A stretch of 64,000 nt of DNA, taken from assembly GCF_018977255.1 (NCBI RefSeq), contig NW_024704742.1:95296001-95360000 (forward strand), given 5' to 3'. Made by a program: the position numbers and the translations under genes. The stretch comes from Callorhinchus milii (Eukaryota). Positions 1 through 13,586 of this stretch are shown one piece after another. The notes beneath the pieces are model-generated. The model saw only the letters and a list, made by a program, of their open reading frames with translations, ran no database searches and was not told where the DNA came from. Position 1 is the first letter of the stretch; each line of letters opens with the position of its first letter.

Positions 1-590
1 CACGCACGCACACACAGCCAGTGACACGCACACACAGCCAGAGAGGCTCACTCACACACACATAGCCAGAGAGAGGCTCACTCACACACACATAGCCAGA
101 GAGAGGCTCACTCACACACACATAGCCAGAGAGAGGCTCACTCACACACACATAGCCAGAGAGAGGCTCACTCACACACACACAGCCAGAGAGACACGCA
201 CGCACACACAGCCAGAGAGACACGCACACACACAGCCAGTGACACGCACACACAGCCAGAGAGGCTCACACACACACATAGCCAGAGAGAGGCTCACACA
301 CACACAGCCAGAAAGAGCCTCACATGCACACACAGCCAGAGAGAGCCTCACACACACACACACACACACAGCCAGAAAGAGCCTCTCGCATACACACTCA
401 GCTAGAGAGAGCGTGACACAAAACAAAAATGTAGAGCCAGAGAGAGAGACGCCACACACAAGCTGACAGAGCCAGAGAGAACTTAAGACATGCACACCCA
501 GATAAATAAAGACAGAGCCTCACATACACACACACAGAGCCAGAGAGCCTGACGAACACACACACACAGTTAGAGACAGCCTGACACAAG
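1..590. repeat. CA/GA-rich minisatellite; 30-bp unit CATAGCCAGAGAGAGGCTCACTCACACACA, degenerating rightwards (presumed UBQLN1 intron 1)
   Basis: Four exact units at 61-180, with variant units on both sides. Confidence 0.9.
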
Positions 591-650
591 AACCTGTTTG
601 AAATGCGTAGGATACTATGCAGATACATCACTAACTTTCTTGAATCTGTA

Positions 651-950
651 AATAATAATCCTTGCATTTGATACAGCACCTTATCATAATAATAATAATA
701 ATAATCCTTGCATTTGATATAGCGCTTTTCACGTCGGGAGGGCGTCCCAAAGCGCTTCACAGAACACACTGTAAAGTGAATTGACTGTATATTTGTGGGC
801 GAACGCGGCAGCCAATTGCGCACAGCAATGTCCCACAAACAGTCGTAGATTGAAAATGACCAATTTATTATTGTTTTTGGTGGGACTATTATTATGTAGT
901 CGAGACATATCAAAGCGCTTCAATGGAAATCCTGTGAAGTGGTGTGACTT
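651..950 (-). mobile_element. Young SINE 3' half (about 685-885) nested in the tail of an older SINE
   Basis: (TAA)n-TCCTTGCATTTGATATAGCGC tail plus GGCAGCCAATTGCGCACAGCA core; older tail at 651-684 resumes near 890. Confidence 0.8.
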
Positions 951-1679
951 GTATATTTTGTACACGATCGTGTGAATTACAGTGTCTGATTACAATATGG
1001 TGTATTTTGTCAGGTGGGGTAGGTTGGGAAAAGAAAGATGATCTGATTTTATTTTGTTAGCAGAGATCAAAAATGTAAGTATGTATACCATGGATGCATA
1101 CTTTATAATAATCCTTGCGTTCAGTATAGCACCTTATCACACTCAAAATGTTTCAAAGTGCTTAACAGGAATTTATGGTGAACTGTAGTGACTGTGTGTT
1201 TAACTTTACAGGGAGAAGGAAGTTTCTTATTTCTGATAGATGTTAGGGTAGTTAGAATGAGTTGGGAATATGCTATAGCTGTATAACTGTTTTTCTCTTA
1301 GATGTTTTGGAATTTGCAATTATTGTCTGGTTATTGAATTTTTTGCAACAGAATAGATCAAGTCACTGCATACTGTCTCACAATTTCCTTTTGAAAGTGA
1401 GTTTACAGTTAGAATATGTTCAAATGGGTGAGTGCTGTTGAGACTTTTGGAGCTGAAGTATTTGAAACTGTGTGCCGCAACTAAACCATGTTGGTTTGCT
1501 GATTGACACTTGCCAATAGTGTTATGAACAGGGCTCAGGTGGTGTAAATGCTCATCTTGTTGCTTTAAAAAGCTCAGAAATCTGCTTGGGGAATATTTAT
1601 ACCACACCTGTGCTATAGGCAATGTATTTAACCTCAGCCAATCTTCCAGTTAAATTTGAAGTTCACTTACTACTGAGAA

Positions 1680-2035
1680 TCCCCCAGTGGATCAAGTTCA
1701 AAATCCCTGTTCTCAATTTTAAATCTCTCCAAGGCCTGCCTGCCCACGCGACCTTCTTCAACTCTACCATCCTGGCTGCTCCTTTCACCCAACGAGCAGC
1801 AGTCTGCTTTATACCCCCTACCCCATCATCAGCAGACGGGCTTTCAACCATTCTGCCCCGTTCTATTGAATGGAATCCCTCCTGCTTTCTCCCTCCCTAC
1901 CTCTTTCAAGGCTTGTTTCAAATCATACCCCTTTGACCACACTTTTAATCGTCTTTACCACATCTAAGGCCCGTGAAGGTGCTTCGAGACATTGTCCAGA
2001 GGTGAAAGAGTATGTAAATGTAAATTTGTATTGTG
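1680..2035 (+). mobile_element. Degraded LINE2 3' fragment
   Basis: Translates IPQWIKFKIPVLNFKSLQG, like the other L2 ORF2 C-termini here; decayed tail. Confidence 0.65.
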
Positions 2036-3358
2036 ACGCTACACTGGAATGTCTGACTGGACTGTGACCTCAAAATACTGATGTGGGGCTTCAACTCACA
2101 AACTGCTGACTTCCAGGTGAGAGTCCCGCCAACTGAGCCAGGCTGACACCATATTGGGGTACACAGAAATACAATTGCAATTGTTTAGCCTTGCTTGCTA
2201 TATTTGTCAGAAAATAAGTTTCAGCAAAACTACCCCTCCAGTTTTGCTTTCAGTTTAAAATAATAATAGTTGGATACCACGTTATCTTTCACCTTCAATC
2301 CATATATATCATATCATTTTTGTAGTGATTCTCAATCCATAACACTGATGTATTTAGTAATTCCTTTATTCTCAGCTCACAACAATCTAATAGTCCAACC
2401 ATCCATCCACCCACCCACCCCAAATACCTTCCCAGAATCTGTTATACTTCCTGTTCATATCTCCTTAGCTCCTTCTTAATTGCCCTTTATTTCTTAAAGG
2501 GATATCCTACAATGTACATGCCCAATATGACTTACTGATGAAGCAATCTTCAAATAACTTTTTACACAAAATACAGTATGGTGGACTGTGAGTATTATAT
2601 TGAAAGCCAAACAGAGAATATCCTGGGCAGCACACAGCAAAACAAAAGTACACCTCAGCTTCTGTTTGCATCATGTGCTGCTGCCCCCATTGTCACTGGA
2701 AAGGTCATAATTCTGTAAACTGTACACTTTAGGAACAAAACCGGAGGAAAGTGGTAGAAAATAGTATTATACCACATACTGCAAAACACACAAAGATGAA
2801 TACCTTTGAGAGAGTGCTCCTTTTTCACAAAGTATTTCCACTTCCAATACTGGGTTATAATGTTTTAGCAATCTTTGCAAAGCCGGAGTAATTTATTTGA
2901 ATAAATTCAATTGAGTTTTGCAGGGTACACTTTAAGTTGACACCTGTTGTGCTTTGAGTTTAGCATTTGGTAAATGCTTCCAATAGTAGAGGGAAATCTG
3001 TACAATACAATATTATGGCTCAGGCAACTTTATAAACCGCTCAAACTTTGCCCTCTTACCTTGACATCTGAACAGCTATGTGCAACTATGTAATATGATG
3101 TAATCCAATATGTAAGTAATCCATGTTTGCTTTTCTGTTTTAATTACATTAATATTGTGTAACATACAGATGGTTTTAAATGCAGTCAAAGAGCTAGTCC
3201 CACACATAATCATTCGGGCAATGCAGACAGGAAGGGAATAGAAGAGTTGGGCATATGTAAACTTAAGGGAATGCCTTGGAGTTGAACTGGTTTCAAGGTG
3301 ACATGTCTGGCAACGGAATGTCAGAATTGAGCCAAACCTCTGCAGCCAATTTGTGTAC

Positions 3359-3880
3359 AACAACAAAACTACATTTGTATAGAGCCTTTCACGTCGGCAG
3401 GACGTCCCAAGACGCTGGACAGAAAGAGTTATGGACCTGAGCTGAGGGTCAGGGTGAGGGCGGGGTGGGGGGGGGGGGGGGAAGCAGGGAAATCGAAAGC
3501 ACGGTCGAAGACTAGGGTCTTGAAGGCGGCGAGGGAGGAGGCGAGATGGAGGGACTGCGGGATGGAGTTCCAGAGCATGAGTGCAGATAGGGGTGTACCT
3601 CAATATCCCACAAACAGCCGTGAAGTGAATGACGAATTTTATCTGGAGGATTCTTGGTTTGGGCACCAGGGAAAACTCCTTTTACTTTTTGAAAACAAAT
3701 AGTCGGGACCTTAGTTTAATGTCTCATCTGAAGAACGGCACCTCCAACAATGACACCTTCCTCAGGATTGCCCTGGAGTATCAGCCTACACAATGAACCT
3801 AAAGTCACAATTTGAGGCTTGAACCCACAACCTTCAGACTCAGAGACAAGAGGGCTATCAACTGAGCCAGGCTACTACCT
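3359..3880 (-). mobile_element. LINE2 3' end (about 3359-3590) followed by an old Deu-type SINE fragment (about 3600-3880)
   Basis: (CAA)n tail with CCTTTCACGTCGGCAGGACGTCCC; SINE body and head similar to 45130-45560. Confidence 0.7.
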
Positions 3881-5849
3881 TAATCCTTCTATATGAAAAT
3901 ATTAACAATGTCTCTTGTATTTATGCTGTTCTAATGTTAGTATATATTTTTTGTGCCCTGAAACCTTAATATTACAGAACTAGGCATTTTATCAAAAACT
4001 TTACCAAGTCACTTTCAGGTATTAACATTTGCAATCCCAGGCCAAGGATCTAACCTGATCTCTGTCCTGGAATCACATAGGATGCATTGTGGGCAATTGC
4101 TATATATAATACTTAAGGTTATAAGAGACTGCTAACATAACGTTAGTATAGATGCATTTAAGAGGAAGCTAGAACTTCACATGAAGGAGAAGGGAATAGA
4201 AGGTATGGGAGAGAGTAAGGAATGGAGGAAGATTTGTGTGGGTTATAAACATCAGTATGGACTGGTTTGGCCGAGTGGCCTGTTTTTGTGCTGTACATTC
4301 TTCGTGAATAATTTGCATACAAGAAATTGAAGAGGTTAGTCAACTGAGAGATGGCACAATCTTCAATTGAGTGGCATAATCCTTTTCCTAGCACAGTATA
4401 TCTGCTTAATAAAAAGCCCTATAAAAGTACATGTGAGTTTTTTTTAAAAACTATATGATTGTAACCAGTTAACCTCCAGCAGTCGTTACTGGCTGAGGGG
4501 GTGGTGGTGGGGGAGGTTACTGTACTGGTTTTGCACTTATGAGCTTGGGTTCTCCAAAACCCTACACTGGACTGATCCCAAATTTCAAGCTATTGTCCCA
4601 TCTCCAATCTTGCCCTTTCCTCTACAGTGCCTCGATTAGTGCTGTAATAGTAAGGTCTCAGGCTACACAAACATTATACCAATGAGTTGCTGCCTTTCAG
4701 CTTTGTTCCTTTCTCTCCTACCATTCCTTATATGTGTCCCTCTAATCTGAATTCCACGCTGCCCACATTCTTGGTAATTCACAACCGTCATCTCTGTCTG
4801 TGCCTTGGGCTCTCCGTGCCTCCTTGTAAGGATTATTATTTGTCCTTTTGATTTCAGCTGCCTTTGACACCAAGACACCATCTGGCGTGAAGGGCTCTAT
4901 ATAAATGCAAGTTGTTGTTGTTGACCATTCTATCCTTCTCCACCATCTCTCCCTGATTCACTTTCCTGGTTTCATTACCTACTTCACCCAGTGTCCATTT
5001 TATTTTGCCCGATGACTTCTTCTGTACAGTCATATGAGTTTCCCAGGGACTTATCCTTTTCACCATTTACACGCTCTCCCTTAGTGACGTCATCCAAAGG
5101 CATGCGGTCCACTTCAATATATAGGTGGATGACAGTCGACCTTTCTACCTCTACCCTCAACTGTTTTGACAGATTGCAGCATCAAGTCCTGAATGAGACA
5201 TAACTTACTCCAATTTAGTGTCACCAAAACTGCCCTTCTTGGAACTTGCTCCCCGACTCCCTCTGCTTCAACCCCGCTTTCAAATTCTGCTTGAAGACCC
5301 ACTTTAACTTTGCTTTAGATCACTTGCACTGAGCACTGGCCTAATGTTCTGGGCCTGAACCAATGTTCAAGGTCTGAATCAAATTTTAATTGTGACTATT
5401 GGAATGTGTTTAAACTGTATTTCAACTGACTGATCAGAGATGGAAACAACGGGTGAGCATACAGTCATAACACTACGTAAAACTACTAAGATAGTGTTCT
5501 GATGCAAGAATAAGAAATTATTTTCAGGTCCTTTGATAAGTAGTGTTGACCTAAAATGCTTGGTAAAGTTTTGTGGTAGTCTTGTTTTGTGCTTCATTTA
5601 CTTGCTTCTGAGAATCAGTTTGCTTCCATACTTCCTTCACTATAGTTTAACTGGGTTATCAGAGATGCTCGACAAATATACGTTGACAGGTGATAGCATA
5701 ATTTTGTAAAGAATAGGTCATACCTAATCAATTTAATAGAATCTTGGTGTAGAGAAATCATAGAAATTTACAGTGCAGAAGGAAGCTATTCAACCGATTA
5801 AGTCTGCAGCAGCTCTCAAATTGTACTTTCAATCCCTTAAAATTAGGTG

Positions 5850-7380
5850 TAAGCCCTTTTGCACTAAGTTGAGGAAAAACTTCTTCACTCAGAGGATAGT
5901 GAATTTATGAAATTCTGTACCCCAAAGGGCTGTAGATGCTCAGACCTTGAACATATTCAAGACTGAGATTGATAGATTTCTTGTGAATGAAGGGACATGG
6001 GGATAAGGCGGGTAGGTGAAGTTAGAATAGATCAGCTATGATCTTATTGAATGGCGGGGCAGGCTCGAGGGGCCGAATGGCCTACTCTTGCTCCTAATTC
6101 TTATGTTCTTATGTCCAGCCCTATCCCCATACACTTTCAAGCCTCTAACTTTCATATATTTGTCTACTTGCCTCTTGAAACCCACAACGCATTCTTCCTC
6201 TACTGCCTTATTCGGCAGGGTATTCTGCATCCCAACAATTCTATGGGTCGAAAAACCTCTTGAACTCTTCTTTTGCTGTTCTTGTGGCTATATTAAATTT
6301 ATTTCTCCTTGTCACTGACTCCAAACAGTATAAATAATTTCTCCCTATTCACCCTGTCAAAATCCCTCATAATTATATATGCCTCTTATCAGATCCCTCT
6401 CAAACCTTCTCTGCTCAATGAAAATGGATCCAGTCTCTCCTCATAACAATAACCCCTCATCCCTGGGCTCATTTTTGTAAATCTCCTCTGCACCCCTTCC
6501 AATGCCTTACATCCTTCTGGAAGTGAGGTGACCAAAACTGAAGGCAGTGCTCCAGTTGCTGTCTTACCAATGTTTTGGACGAACTTAGCATATTGCTTTA
6601 CTGTTGTACGTTCTGTCCCTACGTATAAAACAAAGAATATCATTAGCGTTTTTCACAGGGTACAAGTCATTGTAAATCACATTCAGTTCTTCATGGGTAT
6701 GGAAGTGATTATAAGATCAGCGCCTTAGGACGTCCTCCCGACGTGAAAGACACTATACAAACGTAATCTTGTTCTTGTTAAGAAGAAAAATTGGAAGCTT
6801 GGCTTTATAACAGGTACAGAACATAAGATCAACGCAGCGCTGTGGCGGTAGTGTAAAATGCTGTGTAAGAATGTTGGTTGGACATAATTTGGAGTATTGT
6901 GTACAGGTTTGGGTGTCCCACCTGAGAAAGGATATGGTTTTTTGGAGGAAGTGGAGCGATGATTCCTGGGATGAAATGACTTAACTTTGATTAGAGACTA
7001 AGTGAACTGGGGTTATATTAGTTGGAGTTTGAGATTGAAGAATTATCTGAGCAAGGTGTTTCCATTAATGAAGCATACACAAAATAAATGAGGAATAACT
7101 CTTCACCCTTGTTAGGGAATCCAGGACAAACAGACATCAATTTAATATTAGACCTAAAGTGAAAAGGTAGTCCAGTAAAAAACATCTCTGCACAAAGATT
7201 TGAAGAATGAGCGTTTCAGAAAACCATTGATCGTGAATTGAGGCATTCAAGCGAGAAAGACGGTTACTTTATAAGTAATAATAATAAATTATATGGCGAA
7301 AAGGGGGGAAAATGGAATTAAAGTTGCCGTTAGATGTAATAGTGGAGAAAATGTAATGGTATATTCCTGTTCCTGTCTTT
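5850..7380. mobile_element. Cluster of CR1 3' fragments (about 5850-6110 +, 6110-6560 -, 6800-7380 + degraded)
   Basis: GGGCCGAATGGCCT..CCT and TTCTTATGTTCTTATG 3' end; ALEGVQRRFTKMSPGMRG on the - strand. Confidence 0.75.
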
Positions 7381-7490
7381 TACATTCATTGCTGGACAAC
7401 AGATTGCAATGTTTTCTCAATCTTTGCACCATTCCAGTAGGGACTGAGAAGTTGTGCAATATTCAATGTTTTTCTCCCTTTTTTGAACAG

Positions 7491-7642
7491 TTCAAGGAAG
7501 ATATCTCGAAACGTTTCAATACACAGCCTGAGCAGCTCGTGCTGATATTTGCTGGAAAAATCCTGAAAGATCAGGACACGCTTGCCCAGCATGGCATACA
7601 TGACGGACTTACAGTTCACCTGGTCATCAAAACTCAAAACAG
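7491..7642 (+). CDS. UBQLN1: Ubiquilin-1 exon 2 (UBL domain); exon 1 lies upstream of the window
   Basis: gaacag|[50 protein letters not shown](R)|gtaaag; 152 bp. Confidence 0.95.
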
Positions 7643-8171
7643 GTAAAGTTTAGTTAAAGCAATAACTAGCAATATTTGGATGTTAAGATAGAAGTATTAG
7701 GCTGAAGTACAGTTAAATAAAAAGTTAAGAATATGAAAACTGCAAATACATTTTTGGGTTGTTTGTAATTGTCATCTGCTGCTTAAATGATGTGTTTTTC
7801 TGCAAATTTTATTTGAACTGGAATCTTTCTGACAAATGGAGTAGTGAAAGACTATGCCCTTATGTAGGCTATTGTCTATGTCATTTAATTGAAGGGTCCC
7901 TCTCAATGTTGCCACTAGTTATAAAATGAGCATTCAGAGACAATAAATATAGATTAAAAACAGAAGCATTTGCTGATAACATGATAATTTTAAGTATTTC
8001 TTCATCTTTGATGCAGGACAGTATGGCAAGCCTAAACAGTTTGATCAGTAAGCTACTTCTGTAGAATTCATTCACTCTTTATTCCTCCTCCCCTATTTTA
8101 GGCCTGCCTTTATTTTATAATATATGCATTTTTTTAAAAAAAGTTAAATCATACTCTTATTTAATTCTCAG

Positions 8172-8293
8172 GGCTCAGGAGCAGCCGGCTCAGCCTGCGA
8201 ACAGTGGTGACACCACCACAACTACAACTACAACCACACCCCCACTCAGCAGCACTGCTTCAACCAATGCCACCAGTAACCCCTTCAACCTCG
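8172..8293 (+). CDS. UBQLN1: Ubiquilin-1 exon 3 (S/T-rich linker)
   Basis: ttctcag|AQEQPAQPANSGDTTTTTTTTTPPLSSTASTNATSNPFNL|gtaag; phases 2/1 fit the neighbouring exons. Confidence 0.9.
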
Positions 8294-8689
8294 GTAAGAT
8301 TCAGCTACACCAGGTATCAACCTACCTTCTATTTGTGGACCGTGATAGCTCATGTGCTCTCAGTCTGTCCTGGCTTAATCTTGTCACAAACTCTGTCCCC
8401 TGATTGTGGATGAGTTCAACTTGACTTGCTCAGCTTGGGCACCTGCAAGGACGATATTAATGCTACAAGATTTGAGTACTTTCTCACAAAGAAGTCACAG
8501 TTCCGGTCTAATTTCGAGACTCTTGTAATTATGGAAACTGAATTAATCATTGGTTTCCCACTGGATTTTTAATTAATAAACTCCACAGATAATCATAGAG
8601 ATGGTAGATTTTACAGTGCGTCTTTGATACAGGAGCTAGAACAAAAAAGATTAACCGTTACAGGTAGAGGTGATGATACTTAGTCTCTT

Positions 8690-10170
8690 TGTTGATCGCT
8701 GCCCTTATCAAACGCTTTTATAATTTTAAACACTTCTATTAGGTCCCACCTTAAATTTCTCCTCTAGCAGAAAAAGGTCTAACTAGTCCAGTCTATCCTG
8801 TTAGCAGTAACCTGCAGTATCATCCTTGTAAACCTACCCTGTACTCTTTCCATTGCTGCTATATTCTTCCTATAGTGTGGAGATCAGAATTGGACACAAT
8901 ACTCCATAAAGATTTTGTATAAATTCAGCATCACCTCCTTACTTCTCAAAGCCAGTCAGGAACCTCGGTGTTCTGTTCGACCCTGAGCTGTCCTTTCTCC
9001 CTCATATCCGCGCCACAACTGGCACCGCCTTCCATCGCCTCCGGAACATCGCCAGACTACGGCATTACCTCACCCCTCACGCTGCTGAAACTCTGGTCCA
9101 TGCCTTTATCACCTCAAGGCTGGACTATGGGAACTTTCTCCTCGCCGGCCTTCCCGGCACCTCCCTCCACACTGCAGGTCATTCAGAACTCTGCAGCTCG
9201 TGTACTGTCCCGCACCAGGACCACATCACTCCCACCCTCGCTCGCCTCCACTGGCTCCCCATCCCCTAGAGGATCGAATTCAAGATCCTCATCCTCACCT
9301 ACAAGGCCATTCACGGCCTTGCTCCCTCCTACCTCTCCGAACTACTATCCCCCTACCTACCTGCCCGTACCCTCCGTTCCTCTGGCTCCGGTCTGCTCCA
9401 CATCCCTCGCCCCAACCGCCCTACCATCGGTGGCCGGGCCTTCAGCCTCTCAGCCCCGAGGCTCTGGAACTCCATCCCCCAGTGCCTTCGCATTGCCTCC
9501 TCCCTTTCCTCCTTCAAGGCCCGTCTCAAGACCTTTCTCTTTGACTGTGCCTTCAGCTCCCCTCTCGACTCTCTATCCCCTTCCCTTCCCTCACCCTGAC
9601 CATTTCCCCCCTGCTCGGGTCCTGACCGAACTATACAGCGCCTTGGGACATCCTCCTGACGTGAAAGGTGCTCTATAAATGGAATCTTGTTGTTCTTACT
9701 TCTATATTCTCTTCTATCCCTCTGGATATAAAGCCCAAAACCCCATTGAATTTTTTAAAAGCTGGGTCTACTGTGTAGCTAGAGATTTGTGGATCTGACT
9801 CCCAGATCTATTAGCTCCTTTACTCTTCTTAGGTTCATACCATCCAGACCAACGGTGGCCAACCTTTTTGGTCGGCCATCAAGATACATTCTCTTTATTG
9901 AATATTTCTTGATTCATGCCATAAATCAAGAAATATTCAATCAAGAAAAAAATGGAACCCAAAATAGGTATTACATTGGCCATTCTCCAGTCCTCTGACA
10001 CGATTCCTTTCTCTGCAGAGTTCTTAAATATAAATACTAGGGCCTCAGCTGTCTCATTACTAGTTTCCCTAAGGATCATTGGGTGTAGTCCACCTATGCC
10101 TAGTGCCTTGTCCTCCTTAAGCTTGTGTAATTTATTTAATACCTCCCTGTTCCCTATCTTAACTGGATCT
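8690..10170 (-). mobile_element. Fragmented CR1, interrupted by a LINE2 insertion
   Basis: CR1-like segments at about 8690-8946, 9695-9850 and 9960-10170 (ILRETSNETAEALVFIFKNS..GIVSEDWRMANVIPI). Confidence 0.7.
8947..9694 (+). mobile_element. Young 5'-truncated LINE2 with a 9-bp target-site duplication
   Basis: Frameshifted ORF2 C-terminus (ETLVHAFITSRLDY, LQVIQNSAARVL); (TTG)n tail; CTTACTTCT at 8938-8946 and 9695-9703. Confidence 0.9.
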
Positions 10171-10422
10171 CAAAGAAAAATGAACTTCTCATTGTTTTTC
10201 AAGGTTATATTCCCTCCTCATCCAAATTCCACAAAGAAAATCTATTGGCTACTCATTTCACCTTTTTGCCACATATTTCTGGTGCAAGTAGGATGCCACG
10301 ATTGCCTCCGTAACATTCACTTCAATTCTAATTAATTTCATCCTGTAGTGTTGTAAGAAGTCCCTTTTACATGAAAGTTGTTGTCATTGGCAGGCTGTTT
10401 CATGAAGTCCATTGTGTTTCAG

Positions 10423-10685
10423 GTGGATTGGGAGGTCTCGCAGGCTTGAGCAGCATGGGTTTGAATTCTGCCAACTTTATGGAGTTACAGACTCAAATGC
10501 AACGGCAGTTGATGTCAAATCCGGAGATGATGTCTCAGATCATGGAGAACCCATTTGTGCAGAACATGCTATCGAATCCAGATCTGATGAGACAACTGAT
10601 TATGGCCAATCCACAGATGCAGCAGCTGATCCAGAGAAACCCAGAGATCAGTCACATGCTTAACAACCCAGATATCATGAGACAA
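10423..10685 (+). CDS. UBQLN1: Ubiquilin-1 exon 4 (STI1 region)
   Basis: tttcag|[23 protein letters not shown]...[16 protein letters not shown]|gtaagt; 263 bp. Confidence 0.96.
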
Positions 10686-11160
10686 GTAAGTTCTTAAAGA
10701 ACAGGGATGTCCATGTAAGATGACTGTTGCATGAAAGCAAATGCTCTTGTGTACCTTGCAGGGAGAAAATGGGATTCTAATGTTGGTCTTGAATTTCTAA
10801 ACTTTGGAACTAGATGTGAGAGTGCTGCCAACTGAGTGAGCCAAGCTAACCGTTTCTTTTCTTGCCCCATGTTTAATGTTGTTTTGTATAAACATTCATT
10901 TCTTAAATGTTTTCCAACTTCCTTCTGTCTTTTGCCACCTTCTCTGGGCTGGCCAGTCCTTTTGTTTGCCGATGTATTTAAGACAAAATCAATAAAATAA
11001 TCTAAATGTTAACTGAATTTATTGATCAAAGTTTAAGTGAGAATGAAGCCCCATTTGTTGCTAATGAGAGCTGAAGATTGAATTACATGTTAGGTTGTAT
11101 TTTCATAAAGTTTGTACTCCACATATAGTCATATGGTTCTCAAGTTTTCAACTTCTTTAG

Positions 11161-11361
<201 letters not shown>

Positions 11362-11380
11362 TAAATCATCTTCTGTTAAA

Positions 11381-11745
11381 ATAATAATAATAATAATCTT
11401 GCATTTGGTATAGCACCTTACCATGTCTTCGAGACATTTCAAAGCGCTTCACAGAATATACTGTAAAGTGAATTGACTGTATTTTGTGGGTGAAACGCAG
11501 CAGCCAATTGCACGCAGCAGTGTCCCACAAACAGTTGTGAATTGAGTGACCAATTTAGCTTTTTTTGAAGGAATTATTACCCCCAGAAAAGCAATCCGCC
11601 CATCAACTACCTACCAGGTTCCTACTTACTGCTGGGTAAACAGGAGTGTGGAGTAAGGAAACTTGCCCAACGTACTGCCCTGCTGGAAGTCGAACACGGG
11701 GTTTCTCGCTTGCGAGGCAAGTGCGCCAACCTAGGAGCTATTAGG
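11381..11745 (-). mobile_element. Near full-length tRNA-derived SINE
   Basis: (TAA)n tail, core, GGAGTAAGGAAACTTGCCC and a tRNA-like head. Confidence 0.85.
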
Positions 11746-12189
11746 TTATTCTACTCAAATGGCCCAAATTCTGTTTTTTATGGTTAAATCATTACACTTC
11801 TTGTGCAATAGGTATTGAGCACTTTGGGGTGTTGTCCTGGAGTGAAAGGCATTATATAAATGTAAATTGTAGGTATGGGCTGCAATTAAATTTAAACCCA
11901 GTCCAATACAACTGCTTCATCTTTGCCAATTGCATTTGAGATTAAAAGAATTACATTTAGATTCAAGATAGATACAGATTTTAAAAGAAATTTGAGAAAC
12001 ACACTTGTTCAAAATCAAAACTTTATGTATAATTCCCAAGGAAGCAGTTCCTTTCAATAAACCAGCTCTCATGTGATTCAATGAAACTTGTTTTCCCTCT
12101 CAAAAATGTACTCATTGTGTGCAAAGACCAGAAATCTTTTATACTTGTAAAAACCTATAATTACTACATAGTTTAAAGAATTTATAATC

Positions 12190-12882
12190 AATAATAATAA
12201 TAATCCTTGCATTTGATATAGCGGTTTTTCATGTCTTCTAGACATCTAAAAGCGCTTCACAGAATAGACTGTAAAGTGAATTGACTGTATATTTGTGGGC
12301 AAAATACGGCAGCCAATTGCGCACAGCAGTGTCCCACAAATAATCAAATCATGTTATCTTTTGCCATTTATTTCCAATGTGTATATTCTAAAATATCTAC
12401 TTATTGTCTGTGGTGTGTTTAGGTTCTTTGTTGATTCCAGTTGCATTTGCTTTATTTCCTCTGACCTTTTTAACATTATTTTATGTTTACTAAATACTTT
12501 AATAACCGCTACTAAACAACAACAACAAAATTACATTTGTAAAGCGCCTTTCATGTCGGGAGGACAACCCGCTAATAAAGGAGGCCAACCAATGGTTTGT
12601 CTTCTCATATGAATTGTGTCTGCCTTGCTTGTTTGATATTCAACACAGAGACTTCAGATGCCAGCAAATAAACTCATCAGATGAATGGAATTATTTCCTC
12701 AGACAAAAAAGGGTTGTTGCACTTGTTACAATCATTTGCATCGATGTTCAACAGTATGTTAGGCACAACCATTTGAAAGTTCATGATCGCCCACAAAACA
12801 TACACTGTACAGTATATTCTGTGAAGCACTTTGAGATGTCTAGAAGACGTGATAAGGTGCTAAGTCAAATGCAAGGATGTTA
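12190..12882. mobile_element. SINE 3' fragments (about 12190-12342 -, 12785-12882 +)
   Basis: Same tail and core motifs as the other SINE copies. Confidence 0.75.
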
Positions 12883-13109
12883 TATATCTCTTTCTTGGGG
12901 GGCTTTGATCTCTCTCCTAATTACTTCAAGAGCTTTGGCAGTCATAGGGTTGAAAATGGAATGAACTCCCTATAACCTGCTTTATGTACCTATGTATTTT
13001 TTTGATAGACTTTCCCCTCTCCAGCATCACACTGGCCCATCTTTGAAAGCCTGGATCGTGAAATTGTCAATAAAATAATTATAGCAATATAATATAATTA
13101 TAGCAATAT

Positions 13110-13325
13110 AGCAAATCTGGAATTCTCTCTCCCAAAAAGCTGTGGATGCTGGATCCATCCTTCAAGAGTGAGGTTGATAGATTTTTGGTAGGTCAGGGTA
13201 TCAAGGAATATGGAGAAAAAGTGGGAAATTGGAATTGACAGAATTAGTGGAGGTACAGATGAGCCATGATCTAATTGAATGGTGGAACAGGTTCAAAGGG
13301 CTGAATGGCCTACTACTCTTCCTAG
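13110..13325 (+). mobile_element. CR1 3' end
   Basis: TGGAATTCTCT..AAAAGCTGTGGATGCT...GGGCTGAATGGCCTACT. Confidence 0.75.
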
Positions 13326-13514
13326 TTAAGCTAAGACTTCTTTACCCATCTTTGATTTGATTTAAGGACGTGTCTACACCTCTAGTCTTATTGATGAGAT
13401 GACAGGTTAATTCATTAATAATTATTAATCTGTTAGTGACAGTGCCTTGGATCACTGTGGACCTTCCTGTTTTTTCAGATGTGCTTCAAAATCCATTCAC
13501 TTTCAGGAAAAAAA

Positions 13515-13586
13515 ACTCAAATCCAAAATCCCCAATTTAGTCAGCAGCACAGTTAACAATTATAACTGACTTATAAAACAAACACT
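13515..13586. repeat. Left arm of a perfect 72-bp inverted repeat (partner at 15243-15314)
   Basis: ACTCAAATCCAAAATCCCC...TATAAAACAAACACT is the exact reverse complement of 15243-15314. Confidence 0.95.

Noticed and set aside
1..590. 30-bp repeats as a CRISPR-like array
   Set aside because: Head-to-tail units with no unique spacers in a vertebrate intron; no cas genes
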